Of a DNA stretch of 64,000 nucleotides, positions 54,668 to 64,000 are shown piece by piece. A program made the position numbers and the translations under genes. Source of the stretch: Trichomonas gallinae. Lineage: Eukaryota. The stretch spans positions 1 through 64,000 of the forward strand of contig MRSU01000590.1 of assembly GCA_008369845.1 (NCBI GenBank). The letters run 5' to 3'. A model generated the notes under the pieces. That model was not told the origin of the DNA and did no database searches. It saw only the letters and a program-made list of their open reading frames with translations. Every line of letters begins with the position of its first letter. The stretch's first letter is position 1.

Positions 54668-57373
54668 ATGGAGATTCGCTTTCTACTCACAGATAGTGAA
54701 AGTATGCTCCTTCAAATAGATAAACTAGCCCTATGCAGTGGAGTCAAAGCACTTTTAGCGGCAAAGTTAAAATGCTCAATAGATATTATCAAATTATTCT
54801 ACGATGATAAGGAAATCTTCGATACCACCAATATATATAGCTTACAAATACCACCAGACAAGTTTATAACTGTTAAAAAACTCGAAGAAAAAAATATACA
54901 AAATAATAATATTGTTACAGTCCCAAAATTTCATCCAATTAGCAGACCTTCGTCTAGATCTTCCATAAATACATCAATACCTAAGCGTAAATATAGAAGC
55001 GATCCTCAAGATTTTGCCGAAAAAGTTAAATTCATCGAAAATATGGGATATTCACACTTTATAGCTAAGCAAATGTTAAGAATCAACGAATACAATACAG
55101 ATAAAGTTCTTAATCAACTTAAATTTGATAATTTATCTCGAAAAGCATTATTTGCACAATTAAAGCAAGAAAATACGGAAAATAACGAGAATAAAACAAC
55201 TATAGTCGACAATCCAGAACTAATCCGTAAAGTAAATCAAATTAATAACGAATTGAGATTAGAAAAAAATAATTTCTATAGGAAAGACCCATATTTGCTT
55301 TTAGATTCGATTTGTGATAAGAAGGATCCTGTTATAATCCAAGAAGATAAGCAAACAGAAGAACCTGCAAAACATTCGAGTAATCTTCGCGCAAAAAGAT
55401 GGTCATATGAAGAAGAAGAGATGTTAGTTTCTAAATATGCCGAACTAGGACCGAACTGGAATACTATTGCTGAGTTTATCCCAGGAAGAACAAGTTCTGC
55501 AATTATGCAACACTATACTATCCATTCTCGCCATTTAATGTCCATCAAGCCAAAGCCAGGCCTCAAAGCACCAATCCAACAAGCTGCTCCAGCTTTGCCT
55601 AAATCACAGAGTAGCAATTTTCCAACACAACCAAATTTTGATATGACCTTTGACCCAAATGACAATGATTTTTTGTTTGAAGTCTGGAAAGTCTATCAGA
55701 ACGACTGGGAAGCAATAGCATGCGCATTACCACAATACACTGCTAATTTTTTGTATTATTATTGGACCAATACTTTGTATCCACAGCTTTTATTTGATAA
55801 CAAAATTCCGCACGATTTAATAATGAATAATGATGAAATGTCATACAGAACACCAATGAATTCGAGGAAGAAAGTTAGACCACAGATTATAACTACCCCA
55901 CAGTCTACTCCTCCAGCAGAAGAGAACACACAGCAACCTCAACAACCGCAAGAAAATGATACTGATAATGGAAATGAGTCCAAATCGAGAAATTATTGGA
56001 CACAAGAAGAAGAAAGCATCGTAATAGACATGAAAATGAAAGGAGCGACATTTGAAGAAATAGCTGAAATGCTGCCGAATAGGACATCAAACACAATCTC
56101 AACAAGGTGGTACACAAAACTTCAGAAAATTGCAACAAATTCTACACCTTTGTCTGAAAACGATAAACAGCCGTCTGACAACGACTACGAGGAAGAAATG
56201 GATGAAATCGCAGCGAATGAACAAGCATTTGCTGGCCTAGTTAAAAGACAGTGGACAGCTAAAGAAGACGAGTTATTAATGCAGCTGTATCAAGAGCATC
56301 ATACAAACTGGGAAAAAATCAACACTTTCTTCCAAAACAGGACGCCAGCTGCCTGTAGAATGCATTGGTACTTCTTGAGAAATAATGGAAACAATGGTGG
56401 CAACCCAGCGAACGAGGCAAAGAATAGCGATGAAGAATACAATGAAGGAACAAACACAGAGAAAGATTTCAAGAGAACATATAACTCATGGACAGAAGAA
56501 GAAGACAAGAAACTCATCGCTGCTTTAGAAAGGAAAGCGAGCTGGCGAGAAATATTTGCGATGTTCCCAGATAGAAAGGATACATCTATTAGAACACACT
56601 GTCAATGCACACTAAAGAAGAAAATCAAGAACTTAAATCTGCCGTCAACAGGACAAAGGCCATGGACTGCTGACGAAGATAAGCGTATCATCGAAATGAG
56701 AACAGCGGGAAGAAGCTGGCAGGAAATTTTGCAGACGTTGAGTGGAAGAACACAAAACGCTTTGGTTTCTCGATGGAATGTTAAACTGAAATATTTGGCT
56801 GATAACAAAGATAAACCGAAACTCAAGAATGTTTCATTTTCTAAGCGAGAAGAAAACATGATACTAAGCAAGAAGAGAGAAGGTTTGTCTTGGGAAAATA
56901 TTGCTGCTCTGTTTCCTCCTAAAAAGGCTCCACACGTCAAAACATATTACGACCATTATTTAAGAGGCGAAGTTGATGATGGATCAGCGCACGAAAGCGA
57001 GAATGATGATAGAAACGATCTGGACGAGTTAAACCATGATGATTCTGCTGACAAGAATGAGTGGACGCCAGCTGAAGACCAGATAATCATTGAAGAATTA
57101 AACAAGAAAACTCTTGGTTCTGACATCGTTAAACTTTTCCCTGAGAAAGCGAAAATTGATGTCTACAGGAGAATTGAGACTCTCAAAGAGACGTTCAACT
57201 TGAATAAGAAGCCAGGAGATGAACAGAGCAGCTGGACAGAACAAGAAGATGCAATTATTTTGACAAAGATGAATGATAACATTCCAGCACAAGTTATTGC
57301 TGATTCTTTGCCAGGTAGATCAGCAGCTATGATTACGGAAAGATACAACCAACTTATTAAGAAGGATATTTAA
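54668..57373 (+). CDS. Ubiquitin-like + UBA + ~9 Myb/SANT repeat protein
   Basis: UBL (IKLFYDDKEIFD), UBA (IENMGYS), then W(T/S)xEED...W...RT repeats. Confidence 0.9.
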   Translation: MEIRFLLTDSESMLLQIDKLALCSGVKALLAAKLKCSIDIIKLFYDDKEIFDTTNIYSLQIPPDKFITVKKLEEKNIQNNNIVTVPKFHPISRPSSRSSINTSIPKRKYRSDPQDFAEKVKFIENMGYSHFIAKQMLRINEYNTDKVLNQLKFDNLSRKALFAQLKQENTENNENKTTIVDNPELIRKVNQINNELRLEKNNFYRKDPYLLLDSICDKKDPVIIQEDKQTEEPAKHSSNLRAKRWSYEEEEMLVSKYAELGPNWNTIAEFIPGRTSSAIMQHYTIHSRHLMSIKPKPGLKAPIQQAAPALPKSQSSNFPTQPNFDMTFDPNDNDFLFEVWKVYQNDWEAIACALPQYTANFLYYYWTNTLYPQLLFDNKIPHDLIMNNDEMSYRTPMNSRKKVRPQIITTPQSTPPAEENTQQPQQPQENDTDNGNESKSRNYWTQEEESIVIDMKMKGATFEEIAEMLPNRTSNTISTRWYTKLQKIATNSTPLSENDKQPSDNDYEEEMDEIAANEQAFAGLVKRQWTAKEDELLMQLYQEHHTNWEKINTFFQNRTPAACRMHWYFLRNNGNNGGNPANEAKNSDEEYNEGTNTEKDFKRTYNSWTEEEDKKLIAALERKASWREIFAMFPDRKDTSIRTHCQCTLKKKIKNLNLPSTGQRPWTADEDKRIIEMRTAGRSWQEILQTLSGRTQNALVSRWNVKLKYLADNKDKPKLKNVSFSKREENMILSKKREGLSWENIAALFPPKKAPHVKTYYDHYLRGEVDDGSAHESENDDRNDLDELNHDDSADKNEWTPAEDQIIIEELNKKTLGSDIVKLFPEKAKIDVYRRIETLKETFNLNKKPGDEQSSWTEQEDAIILTKMNDNIPAQVIADSLPGRSAAMITERYNQLIKKDI

Positions 57374-58204
57374 TTTATTTTTATTTGTTTTTTGTTATTT
57401 TAAATAGATTTGGAAATTTCGAATATATTTTTCAGTACAAAAACTATCATATACTAACTCTCTATATGTATTTAAACATATCAAATTTGAATTAATTCGT
57501 TTTTCAAGACTATTTTTATACATCAACAATTATTTTATCAAAAATAATACAAGTATATGATACACAAATTTCTTTAATCAGCAAACTGCAAATTCTAAAA
57601 AATATTCATGCTGAAATTCTGAATGTTGAAGTAGATTCATGTTATTTATCAGCATATTATAATCATTATATGATTGTAATAGAAAATAAAACTGAAATTA
57701 AATTTCTCCATAATTGTGGAAAAAAGAGATTTGAGAAAGATTGCAATAATTTTAATAATATCTATCAGATGATGATTATATATGAGTCATTAACATGACT
57801 AGAATTCATCTTTTCTTCTGGAAATGGAATTAATGCTTATGATAATTTATATTTCGTAAGGATAAATTAATTACATTCAATCTATAGATAGATTTTATAG
57901 ACTTGAAAATCAATTTAATTCTTTATATAAATTAACCTTATTTACAAAATAAAATTAACGTACATTTTTTGATGTTACATGACAATCGTCCATTAAACTA
58001 ATTATATACTGATAAACAAATATATCAGGCTGTTGCTAATTTTTAGGCTTAAAAACTCTATAATTTGCCAAAAAGATTTCTCAAAACACAAAATAACCTA
58101 ATCATTTATTGGCAAAAAGTGAAATATACAATATAATCATTCTATATTTTAAATATTGGTAATTTTTTTCGATAAAAAAAATTTTTTTTTTCAACCAAAA
58201 ATTA

Positions 58205-59863
58205 ATGAATAATGATAAGATCGAAGAGGTGATGAAAAGGCGCCGCTTGGTCTTCGATCAAAATTTACAAGAGATTGTACGACCAAAAAAAGAAGATATT
58301 TTCGAACATATCTTCTTAATTGGCGTTCCGCCAGATGATTCGATTCAATCTCTTCGGATTTTACTTATATATCCATACTATCCATTATGCATAGAGGAAA
58401 ATGAAGCTGAATCTATCATAGATTTTGCATTTCCTGCAGGTTTGCAAAGATGTGAACCTTTACAACCAAATCATCCAGCTATTATCGACGAATTTACGTT
58501 TGCTTTCAAGAGAGATGGGTTCTCTCAATATGGATTATGCGTACAATTTAAAGTTCCACTCGATGTTGATCCATTTTTTGTATCAGAAACAAATAGGTGC
58601 TATCCGTTTTGCTTATGTATGCTTACACGCGATATATCATTCACTGCACATTACAGATTTTTAACTTGCCTTGTGAAAAATTTAATTTGTTGGGAAACAT
58701 TGTATCCACAACCGGAATTCTTACAAGATATACCTATGTATAAAGTCGTTATACCAGAAGGAGTTGAACCAACTTTCCTTCCAAACATGACAAAGGTTTC
58801 TTCATTCGCAAGATATGGAAAAATGCATATTTCGAAAGATTTTGCAAGGGCAGTAGTCGCATACAGATCCATAACACGTGGAGAGCAATATATACAAGCA
58901 AAATTCTCAGATGAAACAGATATCATGATTCCACCAAATGTCGAATATGTTTCAAGCGCATATTTACTAGGATTAGCAACACTAGACTCATTATTTAGTC
59001 ACTTATCTATCTCAAATATTATCAAAGTTTTTACAGCATGTTTATTAGAACATATTGTTATTGTAATCTCAAATAAGCCATCTTTAGTATCCAATTGCAT
59101 TCTAGGCCTCAGATCTCTGATTTTCCCACTTAAAATACAGTCTGCTTTGTCTCCAATTTTGCCTTCGAAGCCTAAATACGAAGCGATTCTTGGATGTCCG
59201 TCCCCCATTATATGTGGCATCCTCACAAATCCAGATCTCGACCTCTCAGAGACATGCGACCAGAAATGCATCGTCGACATAGATAAAGGAACAGTTATAG
59301 ACGATGAATTGGATGTTTTAGGACAAATTTTGCCACACGCGAATGAAATTAAGCAAGAAATTGAGAAAATCCTTGCAGCAAATCATAACTTGATAGAAGT
59401 CCCTCCACGCTCAATAGTTGTCAATGGAAAACTCAAGAAGAATCCTAACTGGGTTAAATTTTATGAAGCAGACACAAGAGTTTCTATGCCGCTCCATTAT
59501 TTGAGTAGCATCAATCCTAAGTATATTTTCACTGCGACTGTTGTTGGCAAAATACAGAAAGCATTCTATACTAAATTCATAAAAGAGCTGACAGAGAACA
59601 TAGAGATGTGCTTCGTGACAGAAACAACTGATTCATCGAAGCCAGTCATTATGTTCAACAGCGAGATATTCAAGGGGCAGCCTTATGCGCGCGCGAACCC
59701 GAATTTCATCAAGACATTGATGCAGACTTCCATATTCGAAGATTACGTGCAGAGGAAGCTTGACACGATGACACTGGTCAAGATAGCTTTCATGAATGAG
59801 TCTAAATGTGCTGAAATCAATGACATTTTGCATGTCATTGATGAAATCACTTCAATGCTTTAG
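58205..59863 (+). CDS. DENN-domain protein (putative Rab GEF)
   Basis: IFEHIFLIG, FAFPAG, YGLCV, CLCMLT, CLLEHIVIVIS, PILP, CPSPIICGI, IVDID and LMQTSIFEDYV. Confidence 0.9.
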   Translation: MNNDKIEEVMKRRRLVFDQNLQEIVRPKKEDIFEHIFLIGVPPDDSIQSLRILLIYPYYPLCIEENEAESIIDFAFPAGLQRCEPLQPNHPAIIDEFTFAFKRDGFSQYGLCVQFKVPLDVDPFFVSETNRCYPFCLCMLTRDISFTAHYRFLTCLVKNLICWETLYPQPEFLQDIPMYKVVIPEGVEPTFLPNMTKVSSFARYGKMHISKDFARAVVAYRSITRGEQYIQAKFSDETDIMIPPNVEYVSSAYLLGLATLDSLFSHLSISNIIKVFTACLLEHIVIVISNKPSLVSNCILGLRSLIFPLKIQSALSPILPSKPKYEAILGCPSPIICGILTNPDLDLSETCDQKCIVDIDKGTVIDDELDVLGQILPHANEIKQEIEKILAANHNLIEVPPRSIVVNGKLKKNPNWVKFYEADTRVSMPLHYLSSINPKYIFTATVVGKIQKAFYTKFIKELTENIEMCFVTETTDSSKPVIMFNSEIFKGQPYARANPNFIKTLMQTSIFEDYVQRKLDTMTLVKIAFMNESKCAEINDILHVIDEITSML

Positions 59864-59950
59864 TTTTATTTATTATATTTTGTTCTTTCTATCTTAGAAT
59901 TATATATATATTATAAACTTATCCTGTTTTTATTCAATTAATATGCTATT

Positions 59951-60997
59951 TTAATGCAGAATAGAATATTCAAAGAATATTGATGGCATTATATTTGATT
60001 GGAGACCAAACAGTCTTTGAATATTTTGACATGAACATTTCATTTTAATAAATGCATTGCTTTCAATTTTAAATACTTCCATTGTCTTTTGAATTGGAGC
60101 ATCACACTCTGCAAGAACAAGATGCCCAAGTTTAAAAGAAAATTGCTCATTTCCAATTTTATCTGTATTTATTTGAGATCCTTCCCAAGTTAATTGTGGA
60201 TAAAGTTCAAATGAGCAATTAATAACATTGACTGAACTTTTGATAGAAGATATAACATATCCAGTAGTTAATTCGGAAAAGCATGAGCGATATATTTGTG
60301 CATCACATGTATTAATATAAAATAAACCTATATAATAATCTGAAATGTTTTGCACATTGCAATAATCAAAGAAAAAAACTTCAAAATTTATACTAATGAA
60401 TCCATATGATGCTCTACTATCATGCATCGAACAATATTTGCATTTAATACCTGTTTTTTGTCCAGAAGAATGAAAACATGAATATGATCTTACCTCATTT
60501 TTGCTAAAATTTGATGATAGAAAAAAATTGTTTGCAAAATAAATTATTAATAATGCATTTGCTTGATATGATGTACATGAGGAGATTGTGCATGTTTCAA
60601 AACTCGTTTCAAAATTTGATTTTGAAGTTTCAATATATGAGAAACTAGCCCCTCCTATTTTGGATGTTGAATTAAGGGCACAGCAAAAATAAAATACAGC
60701 ATCAGAATGCTTAACATAATATGTCCCTCCGCCATCTGAACTCTGGGTGGAACATCCTTTGAATAAACAAAATGAATTTAATATTTTAGTAAATCCAGTA
60801 CTAACTACAGTTATGGCTCTATTTGTTAAATTTATAAACTCACAATTAGCTATATATAGATTTTTATCTTCATAAGGCGAAATAATTTTTTCCGAATTTA
60901 TGATTTTGTAAGGTTCAAGGGCAAAGTACCGATTCCATAGTCCTGGAGGCGGGCCATCGCCATGCATTAAATGGAAACTCTGTGAAGTCCTTTCCAT
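59951..60997 (-). CDS. Trichomonad beta-helix-like family protein
   Basis: LWNRYF N-block, LYIANCEF, DGGGTYY, SNFSKN, CSMHDS and LGHLVLAECDA; tail KCSC...IMPSIFF. Confidence 0.7.
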   Translation of the reverse strand: MERTSQSFHLMHGDGPPPGLWNRYFALEPYKIINSEKIISPYEDKNLYIANCEFINLTNRAITVVSTGFTKILNSFCLFKGCSTQSSDGGGTYYVKHSDAVFYFCCALNSTSKIGGASFSYIETSKSNFETSFETCTISSCTSYQANALLIIYFANNFFLSSNFSKNEVRSYSCFHSSGQKTGIKCKYCSMHDSRASYGFISINFEVFFFDYCNVQNISDYYIGLFYINTCDAQIYRSCFSELTTGYVISSIKSSVNVINCSFELYPQLTWEGSQINTDKIGNEQFSFKLGHLVLAECDAPIQKTMEVFKIESNAFIKMKCSCQNIQRLFGLQSNIMPSIFFEYSILH

Positions 60998-61110
60998 TGC
61001 AAAAAATCTATTTCTAACATTTAATAATATATGAAAATTCGGAATATTACTTTAGTAAATTGAGTTATTTTAAAATCTGAATTAAAAAGTGCTTGAAAAT
61101 GAGAAATAAA

Positions 61111-61680
61111 TTATTCTGAAATAATTACGGCTAATATCATATGCATTAGATTATAATTCATAGAGTAAATATTACAAGAGTTGCCGCAAAGCTTATAATC
61201 AAAAATAATATTTCCGAAAAATTCATATTGTACAATATCATGCTGCATATACGAACAAGTACTTTTTTCTGTTATTTTATGTCGAAAGCATTTAATATAC
61301 TGAGATGTATTAAAATCAAATTTTCGTATTTCATTTATTCTCATGTTAGCTATGATACGTGTGTTATTTACATAGTTTTTTCCGTCTGTACTAACATCAA
61401 CTTCAAAATTTCCGGGACGACAAGTTAAATCTGCAGTTGTTATTTCGAATGATTCTAATTTTACTGCAATAAAATTAAAGCAAACTGTTAATATATCAAT
61501 ATCATATGTATATTGATTCGATGTCCAGTAAGTTTTTTTGTCAAAATCGAAAGCATTAAATTTCGGCTTATCTGCTCTATTCGAAAGAGCATCTAATGAT
61601 AACTGAAACCTGTATGTTGACTGGTATTTATTATAAAGATATCTTAAGATCTCATTTGATTGCGAATATGGAAAATACAA
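61111..61680 (-). CDS. F5/8 type C-like paralogue 1 (starts at TTG; no upstream in-frame ATG)
   Basis: YFPYS..NEILRYL, AFDF...YWTS, KLESFEIT, CRP.NF, YIKCFR and DIVQYEFFG; hydrophobic tail. Confidence 0.7.
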   Translation of the reverse strand: MYFPYSQSNEILRYLYNKYQSTYRFQLSLDALSNRADKPKFNAFDFDKKTYWTSNQYTYDIDILTVCFNFIAVKLESFEITTADLTCRPGNFEVDVSTDGKNYVNNTRIIANMRINEIRKFDFNTSQYIKCFRHKITEKSTCSYMQHDIVQYEFFGNIIFDYKLCGNSCNIYSMNYNLMHMILAVIISE

Positions 61681-61857
61681 TCTTGAAAAAGATCGTAAAA
61701 AATGTCACTTTACAATTTATATGTCAGCATTTTAAATTTATTTGACATGTAAAAAAATGTTGAAAACATATAACAAGTCTTTACATTAGGAACAAATTGT
61801 AATATGGCCGAAATAAGAAATATCTGACTAATTGGAAGAATGAATAATAAATTATTT

Positions 61858-62418
61858 TCATAAGATTATATTTACTATCATAAAACTATAATAAGAAACT
61901 TGAATAGGATTTTGATAGAATGGAGAACACAATAAGCTCGTTTGAAATTTCAAATATCCGAAAAATTCATATTGAACTATATCATGTTGAAAGTGATCGC
62001 ATGTACTTTTTTCTGTTATTTTGTAACGAAAGCATTTAATATATTTATCAGTTTTATAATCAAATTTCCTAACTTCATTTGTATTCATTTCAATAATATA
62101 GTGTTGGTTATTAGAAAAATTCACACCATCTGTACTAATATCGATGTCAAAGTTTTTTGGCCGGCATCCGTAACCTGATGTCGTGATCTCGAAAGATTCA
62201 AGTTTTGTAACAATATGATTGAAGCAAACGGTTAAATACTGATTATTAGTTCCAATAGAAGTCCAGAAGGTTGAAGGATTAAAATCAAAAGCATATTGCA
62301 ATATATGATCTGATTGCTCAGATGTTGCAAAAAAGCTGAAATATGGAACAGTTGTTGTTTTGGATCTTTCAGTTAGATATTTTAAGATCCCATTTGTCTT
62401 TGAATAAGAAAAATACAA
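61858..62418 (-). CDS. F5/8 type C-like paralogue 2 (starts at TTG; no upstream in-frame ATG)
   Basis: Same motifs as paralogue 1; in-frame TAA two codons upstream of the TTG. Confidence 0.7.
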   Translation of the reverse strand: MYFSYSKTNGILKYLTERSKTTTVPYFSFFATSEQSDHILQYAFDFNPSTFWTSIGTNNQYLTVCFNHIVTKLESFEITTSGYGCRPKNFDIDISTDGVNFSNNQHYIIEMNTNEVRKFDYKTDKYIKCFRYKITEKSTCDHFQHDIVQYEFFGYLKFQTSLLCSPFYQNPIQVSYYSFMIVNIIL

Positions 62419-62476
62419 ACATTACTCATAAAAATAGCAATTGTCTTTTTAACCTTTTTGTCACATTTTGAAATAA

Positions 62477-63133
62477 CCTTATTGTCAGAAATTTGTCACC
62501 TTTATTATTGGATATGGCAAAAAGACAACATTAAATAATACTGTTGATTATTCCAGAGATGGTATATTCGAAATTTATGGGAAGCAATATAAAGTTGCAC
62601 ACAATGCACTTTGGCTGCGTATTTATCATCATGATTCGACAAATAACGATTTCTTTCGTAAGAATAATTTCTGTTATAATACGAATGAGAAAACATAATC
62701 CATTATATCTGATGTCCCTTATAAAAGTATTCACTTTCCATTTTACACATATTTACTCGAATACAAACAAATTCCATCATTTCAGATATGGCGACAAGAC
62801 AATTATTTGAATGAAACTAGTGTTCTGGGATATAAGAAGCTCAAAGGTGATGATTGGCAGAAATTTTCCGGACTCTTTGGATCATTCGCAGATAACTGCT
62901 TAGATCATACAGGCCCTGCTCGAGGATACTATTATTCTATTGGTACTATTGCTAACGCAGGATATGATCCATATTTTCCTGGACCAATAATAGGTGAAAA
63001 ATATTATTTAGTAAAATATGGAGATCTATGGATTAAAATCGAAGATATTACGCTATATTCATGCAAAAATATTCCCATATTATCTCAATTTTCAATATCA
63101 AAAATTTTATTTTTGACTTTTTTTATAATTTGA
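62477..63133 (+). pseudogene. Trichomonad expanded-family gene (WLxIxHH...LLEY...WRQ; possibly fibrinogen-like fold) with premature stop
   Basis: One frame reads LWLRIYHHDS...EKT*SII...YLLEY...IWRQ...FSGL...YYYSIG...FPGP...LWIKI; TAA at 62696-62698; no in-frame ATG; tail YSCKNIPILSQFSISKILFLTFFII. Confidence 0.7.
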
Positions 63134-63226
63134 TCTTTGATCATATCTTTATAAAGCATTCGAAGTAAAAACTGCATATCATAAGTATTATATCTATCTT
63201 TTAACATCTATATCATGATTAAAATA

Positions 63227-63784
63227 TTATAAACTTATACAAACAGAGATAATATTGTAATAAGAAATTATTACAGGATTCTGATGTAGTGTTATGTCAT
63301 CAGCATCTGTTTGGTTTTTGATATAACCAAAAAATTCATATTGAACAATATCTTGCTGTAGATAACCGCACGTACTTTTTTCAGATATTTTATGACGAAA
63401 GCATTTGATATATTTATTAGTTTTATAATTGAAATTCCGAATTTCAGGTCGACTCATTGTAACGTTGTATCTTTGATTATTAAAATAATTTATTCCATCT
63501 TTACTGACATCAACATCGAAGTTTTTTGGACGACAATCTGTATTTGGAGTAGAAATTTCAAAAGATTCAAGTTTTGCAAAGATTTGATTAAAGCAAATCA
63601 CCAAATACTGGGGACTATATAGTGCTGATGTTGAAGTCCAATAAGTTGATGGATTGAAATCAAACACAGAAGATTTGTAGTGATTCGGATGCTCAGATGT
63701 TGCAAATAGAGTATAAGGAGCAGTATTTGAATTGGATATTAAATATCTTAATATCCCATTTGTTCGGGAATAAGAAAAATACAA
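63227..63784 (-). CDS. F5/8 type C-like paralogue 3 (starts at TTG; in-frame ATG 63799 is cut off by TAA)
   Basis: Same motifs as paralogues 1 and 2; upstream reads ATG ATT TAA TAT CAA TTG. Confidence 0.7.
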   Translation of the reverse strand: MYFSYSRTNGILRYLISNSNTAPYTLFATSEHPNHYKSSVFDFNPSTYWTSTSALYSPQYLVICFNQIFAKLESFEISTPNTDCRPKNFDVDVSKDGINYFNNQRYNVTMSRPEIRNFNYKTNKYIKCFRHKISEKSTCGYLQQDIVQYEFFGYIKNQTDADDITLHQNPVIISYYNIISVCISL

Positions 63785-64000
63785 TTGATATTAAATCATT
63801 TGTCATTTTTCATTTTTGAAGAATAATTGAATGATTTACATGGCAAATAATGATTATTTCTAATGTACTGTGACCCTAGAATGAGAAGTGTATTAATGAT
63901 TATATTTTTTGGCATATCATATATATTATCATTCATTGCACCTGCACTAAAACATTCAAAATCTGATAAAAAAAAATAGATAATTCATCTGCAGATGTTA

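Noticed and set aside
61682..61713. 32-nt GT...AG segment whose removal would join ATG 61730 in frame to discoidin paralogue 1
   Set aside because: No CTAAC branch motif, it overlaps the M2 element, and there is no equivalent in paralogues 2 and 3; a one-in-three frame coincidence.
1..64000. Transposons (Maverick, Tc1/mariner, Mutator), tRNA or rRNA genes
   Set aside because: No transposase, integrase or polB ORFs, long terminal inverted repeats, cloverleafs or rRNA signatures were recognised by eye.

Overview
AT-rich, gene-dense, apparently intron-free eukaryotic DNA. Gene families (BspA-type LRR, ankyrin, F5/8-type-C, Myb, DENN, class I nuclease, M18 peptidase) and promoter elements (Inr-like TCATT, M2-like AAAGTGAC) point to a trichomonad, probably Trichomonas vaginalis or a close relative (inference). 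There are about 30 CDSs, including ARPC2, a profilin-like protein, Pol III subunit C17, a PH-domain AGC kinase, a 2951-aa HECT ligase, and SUN-, DENN-, Kelch-, RRM-, LRR-IQ- and multi-Myb proteins, plus several pseudogene fragments. I found no supportable rRNA, tRNA, transposon or CRISPR array. The most interesting signals are: (1) a recurrent upstream motif TGHCAHGTAAA clustered in front of about 10 genes; (2) several surface-type paralogues with intact bodies and hydrophobic tails but no usable in-frame ATG, one reading ATG-TAG followed by a perfect 12-bp hairpin; (3) an exact 36-bp-period G-tract array ending at the ATG of a prokaryote-like NTPase; (4) a divergent INTS3-like protein, a catalytically dead M18 peptidase and an Ego1/LAMTOR1-like small protein. 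All family calls come from motif recognition by eye; no searches were run. Several ORF-track starts are TTG/GTG, and I moved them to the likely ATG where one exists.
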